Source of the DNA: Flavobacteriaceae bacterium
Lineage (GTDB): Bacteria; Bacteroidota; Bacteroidia; Flavobacteriales; Flavobacteriaceae
Reading direction: 5' to 3'
DNA: 64,000 nt
NCBI GenBank assembly: GCA_038106885.1
Contig: JAYNFX010000003.1
Span: forward strand, 15,786 to 79,785
Below the pieces are notes generated by a model. That model saw nothing but the letters and a program-made list of their open reading frames with translations, made no database searches and was not told the DNA's origin. Position numbers and translations under genes: made by a program. Positions 1 through 9,620 of this stretch are shown one piece after another (the first letter of the stretch is position 1; each line of letters opens with the position of its first letter).

Positions 1-641
1 TCAGGAATTTCATCATCAATAATTAAGTTTCCAATTGTAGATTCTTTAATTAATGGTATACTAACTCCCGGCGCACGCTCTAATAAATTAAACCCATCAT
101 TTACAACCTCTAAAACAGCTAAATTTGTAACAATTTTTTTTACACAACTAACTCCTGTTAACGGCAAACTACAACGCTTTAAAAGTTTAGACTCACCCCT
201 TTTATTAGTATGCATCATAGCAACTATTATGTTCTCTGCACTAGCAACTAAATCCATCGCCCCACCCATTCCTTTCACCATACGGCCTGGAATTTTCCAA
301 TTAGCAATATCACCATTTTCTGAAACCTCCATTGCTCCTAATATTGTCAAATCAACATGCTTCCCCCTAATCATTGAAAAACTCATAGCAGAATCAAAAT
401 AACTTGCACCATCAAGTGCTGTTATGGTTTGTTTCCCTGCATTTATCAAGTCTGGATCTTGGTGGCCTCGGGGAGGAAATGGCCCCATCCCAAGAATACC
501 ATTTTCGCTTTGAAATTCAACTTCAATATCATCTCTAACAAAATTAGCTACAAGTGTAGGTATACCAATTCCTAAATTAACATAATAACCATTTTTAACT
601 TCTTTAGCTATTCGCTTGGCAATACCATTTTTATCTAACAT
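1..641 (-). CDS. scoB: 3-oxoacid CoA-transferase subunit B (runs off the left edge of the window)
   Basis: Not in the ORF track; translated by hand from ATG at 641: MLDKNGIAKRIAKE...YVNLGIGIPTLVAN...FQSENGILGMGPFP...DLINAGKQT...GMGGAMDLVAS. Contains the catalytic SENG motif; directly downstream of subunit A. Confidence 0.93.
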   Translation of the reverse strand, partial: MLDKNGIAKRIAKEVKNGYYVNLGIGIPTLVANFVRDDIEVEFQSENGILGMGPFPPRGHQDPDLINAGKQTITALDGASYFDSAMSFSMIRGKHVDLTILGAMEVSENGDIANWKIPGRMVKGMGGAMDLVASAENIIVAMMHTNKRGESKLLKRCSLPLTGVSCVKKIVTNLAVLEVVNDGFNLLERAPGVSIPLIKESTIGNLIIDDEIP

Positions 642-651
642 AATGTTTTAA

Positions 652-1353
652 TTAAGAATCAGGACTTAAAGTTAATTGCTCAATTCGTTTTTCATAATTT
701 TCCCCTTTCACAATTCTTTGAACAAAAATTCCAGGAATATGAATATGGTTTGGGTCTAAATTCCCGACTGGGACAAGTTCTTCGACTTCAGCAACTGTAA
801 TAGTTGCAGCGCCACACATATTTGGGTTGAAATTTCTTGCAGTTCCTTTGAAAATCAAATTTCCAGCTGTATCGCCTTTCCATGCTTTAACAAAAGAAAA
901 ATCAGCCTTAAAAGCTCTTTCAAGAACATAAGTTTTCCCATCAAATTCTCGAGTCTCTTTACCAACAGCAACTTCGGTTCCAAATCCAGCAGGAGTAAAA
1001 ATTGCTGGGAATCCCGATTGTGCAGCTCTACATCTCTCAGCTAGAGTTCCTTGAGGAATAAGCTCCACATCTAACTCACCAGATAACATTTGGCGTTCAA
1101 ATTCATCATTCTCTCCAACATAAGAAGATATCATTTTCTTTACTTGATGTTTTTGTAGCAAAAGGCCAAGTCCAAAATCGTCAACTCCTGCGTTATTAGA
1201 TATACAAGTCAAATCTTTAACTCCCAATCTAACTAGCTCACTAATTGCGTTTTCAGGAATACCGCAAAGACCAAATCCACCAAGTAGTAAAGTCATACCG
1301 CTCTGAATTCCCTTTAAAGCTTCTTGAATATTATTTACTTTTTTACAAATCAT
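652..1353 (-). CDS. scoA: 3-oxoacid (succinyl-CoA:acetoacetate) CoA-transferase subunit A
   Basis: [23 protein letters not shown] and TARNFNP motifs; paired with subunit B. Confidence 0.93.
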   Translation of the reverse strand: MICKKVNNIQEALKGIQSGMTLLLGGFGLCGIPENAISELVRLGVKDLTCISNNAGVDDFGLGLLLQKHQVKKMISSYVGENDEFERQMLSGELDVELIPQGTLAERCRAAQSGFPAIFTPAGFGTEVAVGKETREFDGKTYVLERAFKADFSFVKAWKGDTAGNLIFKGTARNFNPNMCGAATITVAEVEELVPVGNLDPNHIHIPGIFVQRIVKGENYEKRIEQLTLSPDS

Positions 1354-1374
1354 ATATTTTGTATTGTCGGATTT

Positions 1375-3705
1375 TTAAAAATCAATTTCTGGAGTAATAA
1401 TTTCGTTTAATTCATTCATTTCCTGGTCTAAATAATTATCACATTCAGTCTCAATTGTTAAAAGCTCAGGTTTCTCAAATTCATCTTTTGAAATACCAAG
1501 TTCTTCTACAAGATAGCATCTTTTCATAAAATTAGCCCAAATTGGCAAGGCCATTGTTGCCCCCTGTCCGTAAGTTATATTTTCAAAATGTGTTGCTCGA
1601 TCTTCTCCACCAACCCAAACACCTGTAACTAAATTTGGAACCATCCCCATAAACCAGCCGTCACTTTGATTTTGTGTAGTTCCAGTTTTACCAGCAATAG
1701 GATTTTCAAATTCGTATGGATAACCGGTTACTACCTCTTGATAAACAATTTGGTCTGAAGCAAAATTATGACGAAGTCTCTGACCAGATCCAAATTCTGT
1801 AACACCCTCCATAAGATTTACAGTTACATATGCAATTTCTTCACTTAAAACATCTCTTGTTTCAGGTGAAAATTGATACAATAAAGTACCGTTCTTGTCT
1901 TCAATCCTTGTAACCATAACTGGCTTTGTATAAACTCCTTTATTAGCAAAAGTAGAATACGCCGCAACCATTTCATAAATACTTAAATCGGGTGTCCCGA
2001 GTGATATTGAAGGTACTGGTGGAATATTTTGCTCAATACCAAGTTTCATTGCAAGGTTGATAACTGGATTTGGGCCTATCTCATTCATTAATCTTGCAGT
2101 AATAGTGTTTCGCGAATTAGCTAATCCGGATTTTAAGGTCTCAAACCCTGAATAATTATCACTTGAATTTTTTGGGGTCCAAGGCTTCATATTGCCATGT
2201 TTCATAGCAGGTATTGTAATTTGTGCTTTAGGCAAAGAATCACAAGGTGACAAATGAAGCTGGTCAATAGCAGCTGCATAAACAAACGGTTTAAATGTTG
2301 AGCCAACTTGTCTTTTCCCTTGCTTTACCATATCATATTGAAAATGCTTGTAGTTGTAACCTCCAACCCATGCTTTAACAAAACCTGTTTGTGGCTCCAT
2401 TGACATCATACCTGCTCTTAAAAAGGATTTGTAATAGCGCATTGAATCCATTGGGGTCATTATTGTATCAATCTCATTGTTTAAAGCTGTCCAAGAAAAT
2501 ATCTTCATTGGTATAGGCTTTTTAAATGAAGCTATAATTTCCTCTTTTGGTTTCTTCAAGTCATAGCGCATCTTACGCCATCTCTCAGATCTACGCATTC
2601 CAAGCTCTAATAATTGTTCAACTTCTTCATCTTCTAATTCTAAGAAAGGAGCTGTTGGATTTCTCTTCTTTGTATTTTGAACAAAAAATTCAGCTTGTAG
2701 AGATTTCATATGTTCAGAAACCGATTGTTCAGCAATAGTCTGCATCCTTGAATCAATAGTGGTGTACACCCTTAACCCATCCTTATAAATATTATATTTA
2801 TCACCATTTCGTTTTCTATTATTACTTGCCCACTCTTTTAAAAATTCTTTAAGATATGCTCTGAAATATGTTGCAATTCCTTCGCGATGAGATTCAGGTG
2901 TATAATTTAAATTCAAAGCTGTTGATTGAAGTGAATCTTTTAAAGTCTCAGAAATAAAATTATATTTTGCCATTTGTGAAAGAACAACATTACGTCTATT
3001 TCTTGTACCAATTGGATTCCGATTGGGCCTAGGATTATAAAGCGAAGAGTTTTTGAACATACCAACAAGCATTGCAGATTCAGAAATGCTTAAATTAGAG
3101 GGTTCTTTGCCAAAATAAATTCGTGAAGCACTTCTTATGCCATCAGCATTATTGCCAAAATCATAAATATTAAAATATTGAGCTATAATTTCTTCCTTAG
3201 TATATTGTTTTTCCAATCTGGTAGCAATTATCCATTCTTTTATTTTTTGTGTTATTCTGCCAAACTTATTTTTTGAACCCTCTCCATGAAAAAGTTGTTT
3301 AGCTAATTGTTGAGATATCGTACTACCCCCTCCATCTTTCCCTAATTTAATAACTGCACGAAGAGTCCCCTTGAGATCAATACCCGCATGATCATTAAAA
3401 CGGAAATCTTCAGTAGCAATTAGAGCATCAACTAAATGCTTTGGTAGCTCATCGTATCCAACAGGGGTTCTGTTATCTCTATAATAAAACTTGCCAATAG
3501 TAACTCCATCAGATGAAATTATTTCTGTAGCTAGATTGGTTCTTGGATTTTCAAGGGCTGTATGATCAGGCATAGCACCCATAAAGCCTAAAGAAGCAAG
3601 GATGAATACAAAAGGGATGAGAGAGATACCAGCTAAAAACCAAAACCAAAACCAACGTTTTGGTTTCTTAAACTTTGATGATTTACTTTTTTTTCTTGCC
3701 ACCAT
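1375..3705 (-). CDS. Class A penicillin-binding protein (PBP1A-type transglycosylase/transpeptidase)
   Basis: N-terminal TM helix; GT51 motifs EDFRF..H.G and GGSTISQQLAK; transpeptidase motifs STFK (SxxK), SRN (SxN) and KTGT. Confidence 0.95.
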   Translation of the reverse strand: MVARKKSKSSKFKKPKRWFWFWFLAGISLIPFVFILASLGFMGAMPDHTALENPRTNLATEIISSDGVTIGKFYYRDNRTPVGYDELPKHLVDALIATEDFRFNDHAGIDLKGTLRAVIKLGKDGGGSTISQQLAKQLFHGEGSKNKFGRITQKIKEWIIATRLEKQYTKEEIIAQYFNIYDFGNNADGIRSASRIYFGKEPSNLSISESAMLVGMFKNSSLYNPRPNRNPIGTRNRRNVVLSQMAKYNFISETLKDSLQSTALNLNYTPESHREGIATYFRAYLKEFLKEWASNNRKRNGDKYNIYKDGLRVYTTIDSRMQTIAEQSVSEHMKSLQAEFFVQNTKKRNPTAPFLELEDEEVEQLLELGMRRSERWRKMRYDLKKPKEEIIASFKKPIPMKIFSWTALNNEIDTIMTPMDSMRYYKSFLRAGMMSMEPQTGFVKAWVGGYNYKHFQYDMVKQGKRQVGSTFKPFVYAAAIDQLHLSPCDSLPKAQITIPAMKHGNMKPWTPKNSSDNYSGFETLKSGLANSRNTITARLMNEIGPNPVINLAMKLGIEQNIPPVPSISLGTPDLSIYEMVAAYSTFANKGVYTKPVMVTRIEDKNGTLLYQFSPETRDVLSEEIAYVTVNLMEGVTEFGSGQRLRHNFASDQIVYQEVVTGYPYEFENPIAGKTGTTQNQSDGWFMGMVPNLVTGVWVGGEDRATHFENITYGQGATMALPIWANFMKRCYLVEELGISKDEFEKPELLTIETECDNYLDQEMNELNEIITPEIDF

Positions 3706-3709
3706 ATAA

Positions 3710-4201
3710 TTAATAATTATTTTCTATGGTAAACCCAACGTCTAAAACGCCTTTTAGCTGCTGTAAGCCTTTAACTTTACCTCTTTTTCTCATTGCATGA
3801 TTTATAATTATTTTATACTCTCCTTTTTCCAAAAATTTAAACGGATCATTAAACCCTTTATACCAAAGAGTGTGTTCCTTTATTGACATTTTACCACTTC
3901 CTAGCATTGAGCCATCAGGCTGAGACATTTGATATTCCAGTGTATCTTTTAATATTCTATTATTAGGGTAAATCAACGATACATCCAAAAATAAATTATT
4001 AAACTCATAATCATTATCTGTTCTTAATTTTATAAACAGGTTATAAGGATTAATTGTATCAGAAATATTAAATTTAAATAAAATAGATCTATCAATGTCC
4101 CAAACTGCTTCAATAGACTTGTATTGGCTAAACAATGATTTGTTTTGACATGACACAAAAAATAAAACCAAAAAAAGATATATTAAAATTTTTTTAAACA
4201 T
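3710..4201 (-). CDS. gldH: Gliding motility lipoprotein GldH
   Basis: Lipobox FFVSC; YNLFIKLRTDNDYEFNNLFL and DTLEYQM..PDG..LG.G patterns; ricT-gldH-PBP1A order as in Flavobacteria. Confidence 0.85.
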   Translation of the reverse strand: MFKKILIYLFLVLFFVSCQNKSLFSQYKSIEAVWDIDRSILFKFNISDTINPYNLFIKLRTDNDYEFNNLFLDVSLIYPNNRILKDTLEYQMSQPDGSMLGSGKMSIKEHTLWYKGFNDPFKFLEKGEYKIIINHAMRKRGKVKGLQQLKGVLDVGFTIENNY

Positions 4202-4217
4202 TGTCTTTTAAATTTTA

Positions 4218-5351
4218 TTACCTATTTAATTTTTTAGCTTTTTTGTACTTCATTTTCTTTAAGCTAAGCTTATCAAATCTATTTATACTGTCTTGACTAA
4301 TTGAATTTTCGAAACCTAAATTATTTCTAAAATCAGCACTGAATTCCTCTAAATTATTGGGGGTTTTACCGTTTTTATTTAATTCAATTATTCTGTTAAC
4401 TTGTTCCTTTTTAAGTTCATGCCATTGCGCCCATTCACCATCATATGCATACCACATTACTCCCTTAAAAATATCTACCTTTTGAAATATAGCTAACCCT
4501 TTCTTTGTTTTCAATTTAATATTTGTTTTGGGAAATTCTTTCAAAGCCTCTAAATATGAATCTAATTCATAATTTAAACAGCATTTTAACTTTCCACATT
4601 GTCCTGCTAATTTAATTGGGTTAATTGATAGCTGTTGATACCTTGCAGCAGAAGTGCTAACCGATCTTAAATCGGTAAGCCAGGTAGAACAACACAATTC
4701 TCTGCCACAAGATCCGATCCCCCCTAGTCTTGAGGCCTCTTGACGCAGCCCTACTTGTTTCATTTCAATTCGAATCTTAAATTCTCTAGCATATAACTTT
4801 ATAAGTTCTCTAAAATCAACACGGCCGTCAGCTGTATAATAAAAAGTTGCTTTACTCCCATCTCCTTGATATTCAATATCAGAAATTTTCATTTTTAGTT
4901 TTAATTCAATAGCAAATTTACGAGCTAAAGCCTTTATCTTTTCTTCTTTATTTCTATATTTTATCCAAAGATCTATTTCCTCCTGTGAAGCTTTTTTTAA
5001 TACTTTAAGTGGATTGTCATTATTTTCTGGAACACTTTTTCGTCTCATTTGGGTTCTTACAAGTTCCCCAGTAAGAGTAACCATTCCAATATCAAATCCA
5101 GAGTCAACTTCAGTTTTAACAACGTCGCCAATGTTTAACGACAATGCATTAGAATTCTTGTAGTATTGTTTCCGACCATTTTTATAACGTACCTCTATCC
5201 AATCAAATAAATTCTTAGGAGTTGATGATTTCATGTTAGACAACCAGTCAAAAACAGTGCGTTTGTTACAGGAATCTGTGCCACAAGTGCCATTGTTATT
5301 ACACCCTTTCGGCTGTCCATTATAATTTGTTGCACAGCTTGCACACCCCAT
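4218..5351 (-). CDS. ricT: PSP1-domain / RicT (YaaT)-family Fe-S protein
   Basis: FYYTADGRVDFREL, GGIGSCGRELCC and LAGQCGKLKCCLNYE motifs; additional Cys-rich N-terminus. Confidence 0.85.
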   Translation of the reverse strand: MGCASCATNYNGQPKGCNNNGTCGTDSCNKRTVFDWLSNMKSSTPKNLFDWIEVRYKNGRKQYYKNSNALSLNIGDVVKTEVDSGFDIGMVTLTGELVRTQMRRKSVPENNDNPLKVLKKASQEEIDLWIKYRNKEEKIKALARKFAIELKLKMKISDIEYQGDGSKATFYYTADGRVDFRELIKLYAREFKIRIEMKQVGLRQEASRLGGIGSCGRELCCSTWLTDLRSVSTSAARYQQLSINPIKLAGQCGKLKCCLNYELDSYLEALKEFPKTNIKLKTKKGLAIFQKVDIFKGVMWYAYDGEWAQWHELKKEQVNRIIELNKNGKTPNNLEEFSADFRNNLGFENSISQDSINRFDKLSLKKMKYKKAKKLNR

Positions 5352-5485
5352 AGATTTTAATGTATTTACTTTTTAAGAAAATAGACCACAGATAAAAACT
5401 GAATTTATCATAGTAATGTAAATATAAGTTTATTTGATTACTAAAAAAAACAAGTAAAGATTTATGAAAATATTTATTATAATTT

Positions 5486-6553
5486 TCAATCCTTATTTAG
5501 GATGTTAAAAATATTTCTCAAATCTTTTCCCTTTGCAAGATGCTCAGCTCTACCTTTTTTAAAAATATCATTGCTATTGCCTTGGCCTTTACGTAGCAAT
5601 TTTTGCTGTTGGTATGGCAAACTATTTATTTCCTTACAATTAGATGAGCAACAACTATCCATTTCAATTTTACATGCTTCGCACTGAATAAACAAAAGAT
5701 GACATGCTTCATTGGCACAATTAACGTGAACATCTGCGGGCGCGCCACACTGATGACAATTGGCAATTATATCATCTGAAATTTTTTCAGATCTTCTTTC
5801 GTCAAAAACAAAGTTTTTACCAATAAATTTATTTTCTAATCCTTGTGATTTTACTTGACGAGCATAATTTATAATCCCACCCTCTAATTGATATACCTTT
5901 TTAAACCCCTTGTGTTTATAGTATGCACTAGCCTTTTCACACCTAATACCTCCAGTACAGTACATAACAAGTTTTTTTGTTTTCTTATGTTCTTTAAGCT
6001 GTTCTTCTATTAAGTCTAAAGAATCTCGAAATGTATCAACATCTGGAGTTATAGCATTCTTAAAATGACCAATTTCACTTTCGTAATGGTTTCGCATATC
6101 TACTAGAACTGTATCTTGATCCTCTACAAGTTGATTAAACTCATCAGCGTTGACGTGAATCCCAATATCAGTGACGTCAAAGGCGCCTTCATCAAGTCCA
6201 TCAGAAACAATTTTTTTACGAACTTTAACTTTTAATTTTAAAAAGGAAAATATGTCTTGTTCTATGGCTATATTCAAACGAACATCCTTTAAGAAAATAA
6301 TCGAATCAAGATGATTTTTAAATTCGTCAAAATTATCTGCAGGAACTGATAATTGTGCATTAATCCCTTCGTGAGCTACGTAAATTCGCCCTAGAACATC
6401 AATTGAATTCCAAAACAAAAATAAATGATTCCTAAAAATCTCAGGATTTCCAATTTTAGCGTACTTGTAAAATGAGATAGTCAGCCGATCTTTACCCGCT
6501 TCCTTTAATAAGTTTTTTCTCTCATTATTACTTAAGTTGTTGTACAGTTGCAT
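5486..6553 (-). CDS. trhO: Rhodanese-related tRNA uridine(34) hydroxylase (TrhO/YceA)
   Basis: GRIYVAHEGINAQ, DMRNHYESEIGHF and YCTGGIRCEK motifs with Cys-rich C-terminus. Start moved to the ATG at 6553 because the ORF-track start overlaps the -7 box. Confidence 0.88.
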   Translation of the reverse strand: MQLYNNLSNNERKNLLKEAGKDRLTISFYKYAKIGNPEIFRNHLFLFWNSIDVLGRIYVAHEGINAQLSVPADNFDEFKNHLDSIIFLKDVRLNIAIEQDIFSFLKLKVKVRKKIVSDGLDEGAFDVTDIGIHVNADEFNQLVEDQDTVLVDMRNHYESEIGHFKNAITPDVDTFRDSLDLIEEQLKEHKKTKKLVMYCTGGIRCEKASAYYKHKGFKKVYQLEGGIINYARQVKSQGLENKFIGKNFVFDERRSEKISDDIIANCHQCGAPADVHVNCANEACHLLFIQCEACKIEMDSCCSSNCKEINSLPYQQQKLLRKGQGNSNDIFKKGRAEHLAKGKDLRNIFNILNKD

Positions 6554-6586
6554 GCTATACTTTTTTAAGTTTATAATAATTGATTG

Positions 6587-6594
6587 CAAATGTA
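6587..6594 (-). promoter_or_regulatory. Bacteroidota sigma-A -7 element (TACATTTG) for trhO
   Basis: Exact TAnnTTTG match 33 nt upstream of the ATG at 6553. Confidence 0.65.
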
Positions 6595-6739
6595 ATGTTT
6601 TTAAAGATTATTCTCATGGAGAGTCAAAAATAACAAGTCAAAAAATAAGTTAAACTTTAATAAAAAGACAACTTCAATATCTTAAGTTAAATAAAGAAAT
6701 ATTATTTTAGCATAAGTAATTTAATTCAAAAACTTCACA

Positions 6740-7744
6740 ATGAGCAAAGAACAAGAAGCCAAGCTTAAAGCCTTAAAATTAACTTTAGACAAACTTGATA
6801 AGGCCTACGGAAAGGGAACTGTAATGAAAATGAGTGATTCCCCAGTAGTTGATGTAGATGTAATATCGTCTGGGTCTTTAGGCTTAGATGTTGCTTTAGG
6901 TGTTGGCGGATATCCAAAAGGTAGAGTAATTGAAATTTATGGCCCTGAGTCATCTGGGAAAACAACCTTGACCTTACATGCCATAGCTGAAACTCAAAAA
7001 GCTGGAGGAATTGCTGCCTTTATTGATGCTGAACATGCCTTTGATCGATTTTATGCTCAAAACCTTGGAGTTGATATTGATAACTTGATTATATCTCAAC
7101 CTGACAATGGGGAACAAGCTCTTGAAATTGCTGACAACCTTGTTCGCTCAGGGGCTATAGATATGATTGTAATTGACTCTGTTGCTGCACTGACACCAAA
7201 AAGTGAAATTGAAGGAGAAATGGGGGATTCAAAAATGGGTCTTCACGCAAGACTAATGTCACAAGCCTTAAGAAAACTTACAGGATCAATTAGCAAAACT
7301 AACTGTACAATGATTTTCATAAACCAATTGAGAGAAAAAATTGGAGTTATGTTTGGAAATCCTGAAACAACTACTGGAGGTAACGCGCTTAAGTTTTATG
7401 CCTCTGTAAGATTAGATATAAGGCGATCAACTCAGATAAAAGATAGCAATGGTAATGTAATGGGTAATAAAACCAGAGTTAAAGTTGTTAAAAATAAAGT
7501 AGCTCCACCATTTAAACTAGCTGAATTTGATATAATGTATGGTGAAGGTGTTTCAAAAGTTGGTGAAATTCTTGATATTGCTGTTGAATTTGATATTATT
7601 CAAAAAAGTGGATCTTGGTTTAGTTACGATGAAACTAAACTTGGTCAAGGAAGAGATGCAGTTAAGCAGATGATAAATGATAATCCAGATCTCATGGATG
7701 AGCTTGAAACAAAAATCAAGGCTGCAATTAAAAATGAATCTTGA
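6740..7744 (+). CDS. recA: Recombinase RecA
   Basis: GPESSGKTT Walker A; IDAEHA, DSVAAL and [17 protein letters not shown] signatures. Confidence 0.99.
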   Translation: MSKEQEAKLKALKLTLDKLDKAYGKGTVMKMSDSPVVDVDVISSGSLGLDVALGVGGYPKGRVIEIYGPESSGKTTLTLHAIAETQKAGGIAAFIDAEHAFDRFYAQNLGVDIDNLIISQPDNGEQALEIADNLVRSGAIDMIVIDSVAALTPKSEIEGEMGDSKMGLHARLMSQALRKLTGSISKTNCTMIFINQLREKIGVMFGNPETTTGGNALKFYASVRLDIRRSTQIKDSNGNVMGNKTRVKVVKNKVAPPFKLAEFDIMYGEGVSKVGEILDIAVEFDIIQKSGSWFSYDETKLGQGRDAVKQMINDNPDLMDELETKIKAAIKNES

Positions 7745-7745
7745 G

Positions 7746-8486
7746 TTATATAGAATCTTTCTCTAAAGATTTCAAAATCAAACTATATACTTTTTCTTTC
7801 ATCTCTCTTAGGCTGTCTGGGTTGTAATCTTTGGGATTAAAAAACGAATGAGCCTTTACTCTCATTCTTCCAGGTGTGCCACTAAAAAATGTATAAGAAA
7901 ATCTCTTTTTATTATCTAGAAAAGTAAAGGGGACTAAAGGTAGCTTATGCTCTAACGAGAGTTTAAATGCTCCTATTTTAAAATCATCAAGCCGTATGTG
8001 CTCAGGTGGAACCCCGCCTTCTGGGAAAATACAAATACTTAATCCTTGTTTAATACGATCTTGGGCATAAGAAAATACCTTTTTTCTGCTAATAGCATTG
8101 GAACGATCCACTAAAATTGAAGTGCGCTTATAAAAATATCCAAATAGAGGAATTTTAGCTAATTCTTTTTTTCCTACGAAAACAAAAGGATGATGTCTTA
8201 TAATACTAAACATCAACATTATATCAAGCATTGAGGTGTGATTTGCAACAAAAATGTAACTCTGCCCTATTTTTAAAGACTCTTCCCAATCAATCGCCTT
8301 GTAAAACCCCATGCCGATCAAAATAAAGTTTGCCCAAACTCTAGCTATTCTAAAGAAAATAGGATACCATGAACGCTTTGATATTGAAATAATAAGTAAC
8401 GGAGAAAGTATAAGGGTACAGATGAAAACTAAAGTATAAAACCAAAGTCTGTAAATCAACCAAAATGGATAGTATATAAATTTCAT
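7746..8486 (-). CDS. plsC: 1-acyl-sn-glycerol-3-phosphate (lysophospholipid) acyltransferase
   Basis: NHTSMLD (HxxxxD) and FPEG motifs. ATG at 8486 preferred over the TTG at 8495, which lies inside a -7 box. Confidence 0.85.
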   Translation of the reverse strand: MKFIYYPFWLIYRLWFYTLVFICTLILSPLLIISISKRSWYPIFFRIARVWANFILIGMGFYKAIDWEESLKIGQSYIFVANHTSMLDIMLMFSIIRHHPFVFVGKKELAKIPLFGYFYKRTSILVDRSNAISRKKVFSYAQDRIKQGLSICIFPEGGVPPEHIRLDDFKIGAFKLSLEHKLPLVPFTFLDNKKRFSYTFFSGTPGRMRVKAHSFFNPKDYNPDSLREMKEKVYSLILKSLEKDSI

Positions 8487-8492
8487 TTGCTC

Positions 8493-8500
8493 CAAAACTA
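8493..8500 (-). promoter_or_regulatory. -7 element (TAGTTTTG) for plsC, 6 nt from the ATG
   Basis: Exact TAnnTTTG match; back-to-back with the trpS promoter. Confidence 0.55.
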
Positions 8501-8509
8501 CTAAAAATA

Positions 8510-8540
8510 TTGAGCTATTACTTCAAAAAAATTACCTTTG
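8510..8540 (+). promoter_or_regulatory. trpS promoter: -33 TTG (8510-8512) and -7 TACCTTTG (8533-8540)
   Basis: Both Bacteroidota elements present with a 20-nt spacer. Confidence 0.7.
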
Positions 8541-8567
8541 TATGTATTAAGAAAAAAATGTCTTTCA

Positions 8568-9536
8568 ATGGCCAGGATTTTAACCGGAGTTCAAAGTACA
8601 GGAACTCCTCATTTAGGTAATATTTTAGGAGCTATTATTCCTGCAATTAAAATGAGTAATGATGAATTAAACGATTCATTTCTCTTTATTGCAGATTTAC
8701 ATTCACTTACTCAAATAAAAGACGCTGAAAAACTTAATAATAATACTTTATCAACAGCTGCAACGTGGTTAGCATTTGGTCTTGATCCAAAAAAAACAGT
8801 TTTCTATAAACAAAGTGATGTGCCTCAAGCAACAGAACTAGCCTGGTATTTAAGTTGCTTTTTCCCATTTTCAAGAATGGAATTAGCTCACAGTTTTAAA
8901 GATAAATCTAATAGATTAGATGATGTCAATGGTGGTCTTTTTAGCTATCCAATGCTTATGGCTGCAGATATATTATTATATGATGCTAATATTGTTCCTG
9001 TCGGCAAGGATCAATTACAGCATATCGAGATGACAAGAAATGTTGCTTCAAGATTCCATGCAAAAATGGGTGAGACTTTTATTCTTCCAGATGCAAAAGT
9101 ACAAGAAGACACTAAATTGATTCCCGGGACTGATGGTGAAAAAATGAGTAAGAGTAAAAATAATGTAATTGATATTTTCTTAGATGATAAAAGTTTAAGA
9201 AAACAAATTATGTCTATTAAAACTGATAGTACTCCACTTGAATCTCCAAAAAAATGGTCAACTTGTAATTGCTTTGCAATTTATGAACTACTTGCTGATC
9301 CTAAGCAAATAGACTCTATGAAAAATAAATATTGTAGTGGTAATTATGGATATGGTCATGCTAAGCAAGAGCTTTACGAACTTATTACAGAAAAATTCTC
9401 AAATGAACGTGAAAAGTATTCGTACTATATGTCAAATCCAGATGAGATTAATAAAATACTAACTTTAGGTGCTGAAAAAGCAGCCCTAGTTGCAAAAGAA
9501 GTTTTATCACGTGTCAGGTCTAAACTGGGATACTAG
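8568..9536 (+). CDS. trpS: Tryptophan--tRNA ligase
   Basis: HLGN (HIGH) and KMSKS motifs, YPMLMAADIL, VPVGKDQLQH. Start set to the ATG at 8568, downstream of the promoter. Confidence 0.98.
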   Translation: MARILTGVQSTGTPHLGNILGAIIPAIKMSNDELNDSFLFIADLHSLTQIKDAEKLNNNTLSTAATWLAFGLDPKKTVFYKQSDVPQATELAWYLSCFFPFSRMELAHSFKDKSNRLDDVNGGLFSYPMLMAADILLYDANIVPVGKDQLQHIEMTRNVASRFHAKMGETFILPDAKVQEDTKLIPGTDGEKMSKSKNNVIDIFLDDKSLRKQIMSIKTDSTPLESPKKWSTCNCFAIYELLADPKQIDSMKNKYCSGNYGYGHAKQELYELITEKFSNEREKYSYYMSNPDEINKILTLGAEKAALVAKEVLSRVRSKLGY

Positions 9537-9584
9537 CCTAGGATGAAAATTAATCAAATAGCTCATTTAGAGATTGCATAAACC

Positions 9585-9615
9585 TTGCTGAAATTCAAAA
9601 AAATTTATACATTTG
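9585..9615 (+). promoter_or_regulatory. Promoter: -33 TTG (9585-9587) and -7 TACATTTG (9608-9615), 5 nt before the ATG at 9621
   Basis: Consensus elements with a 20-nt spacer. Confidence 0.65.
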
Positions 9616-9620
9616 ATTTA

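Noticed and set aside
5421-5488. Weak hairpins in the ricT-trhO spacer as a possible ncRNA or riboswitch
   Set aside because: The stems are AT-rich with mismatches and match no RNA family I recognise.
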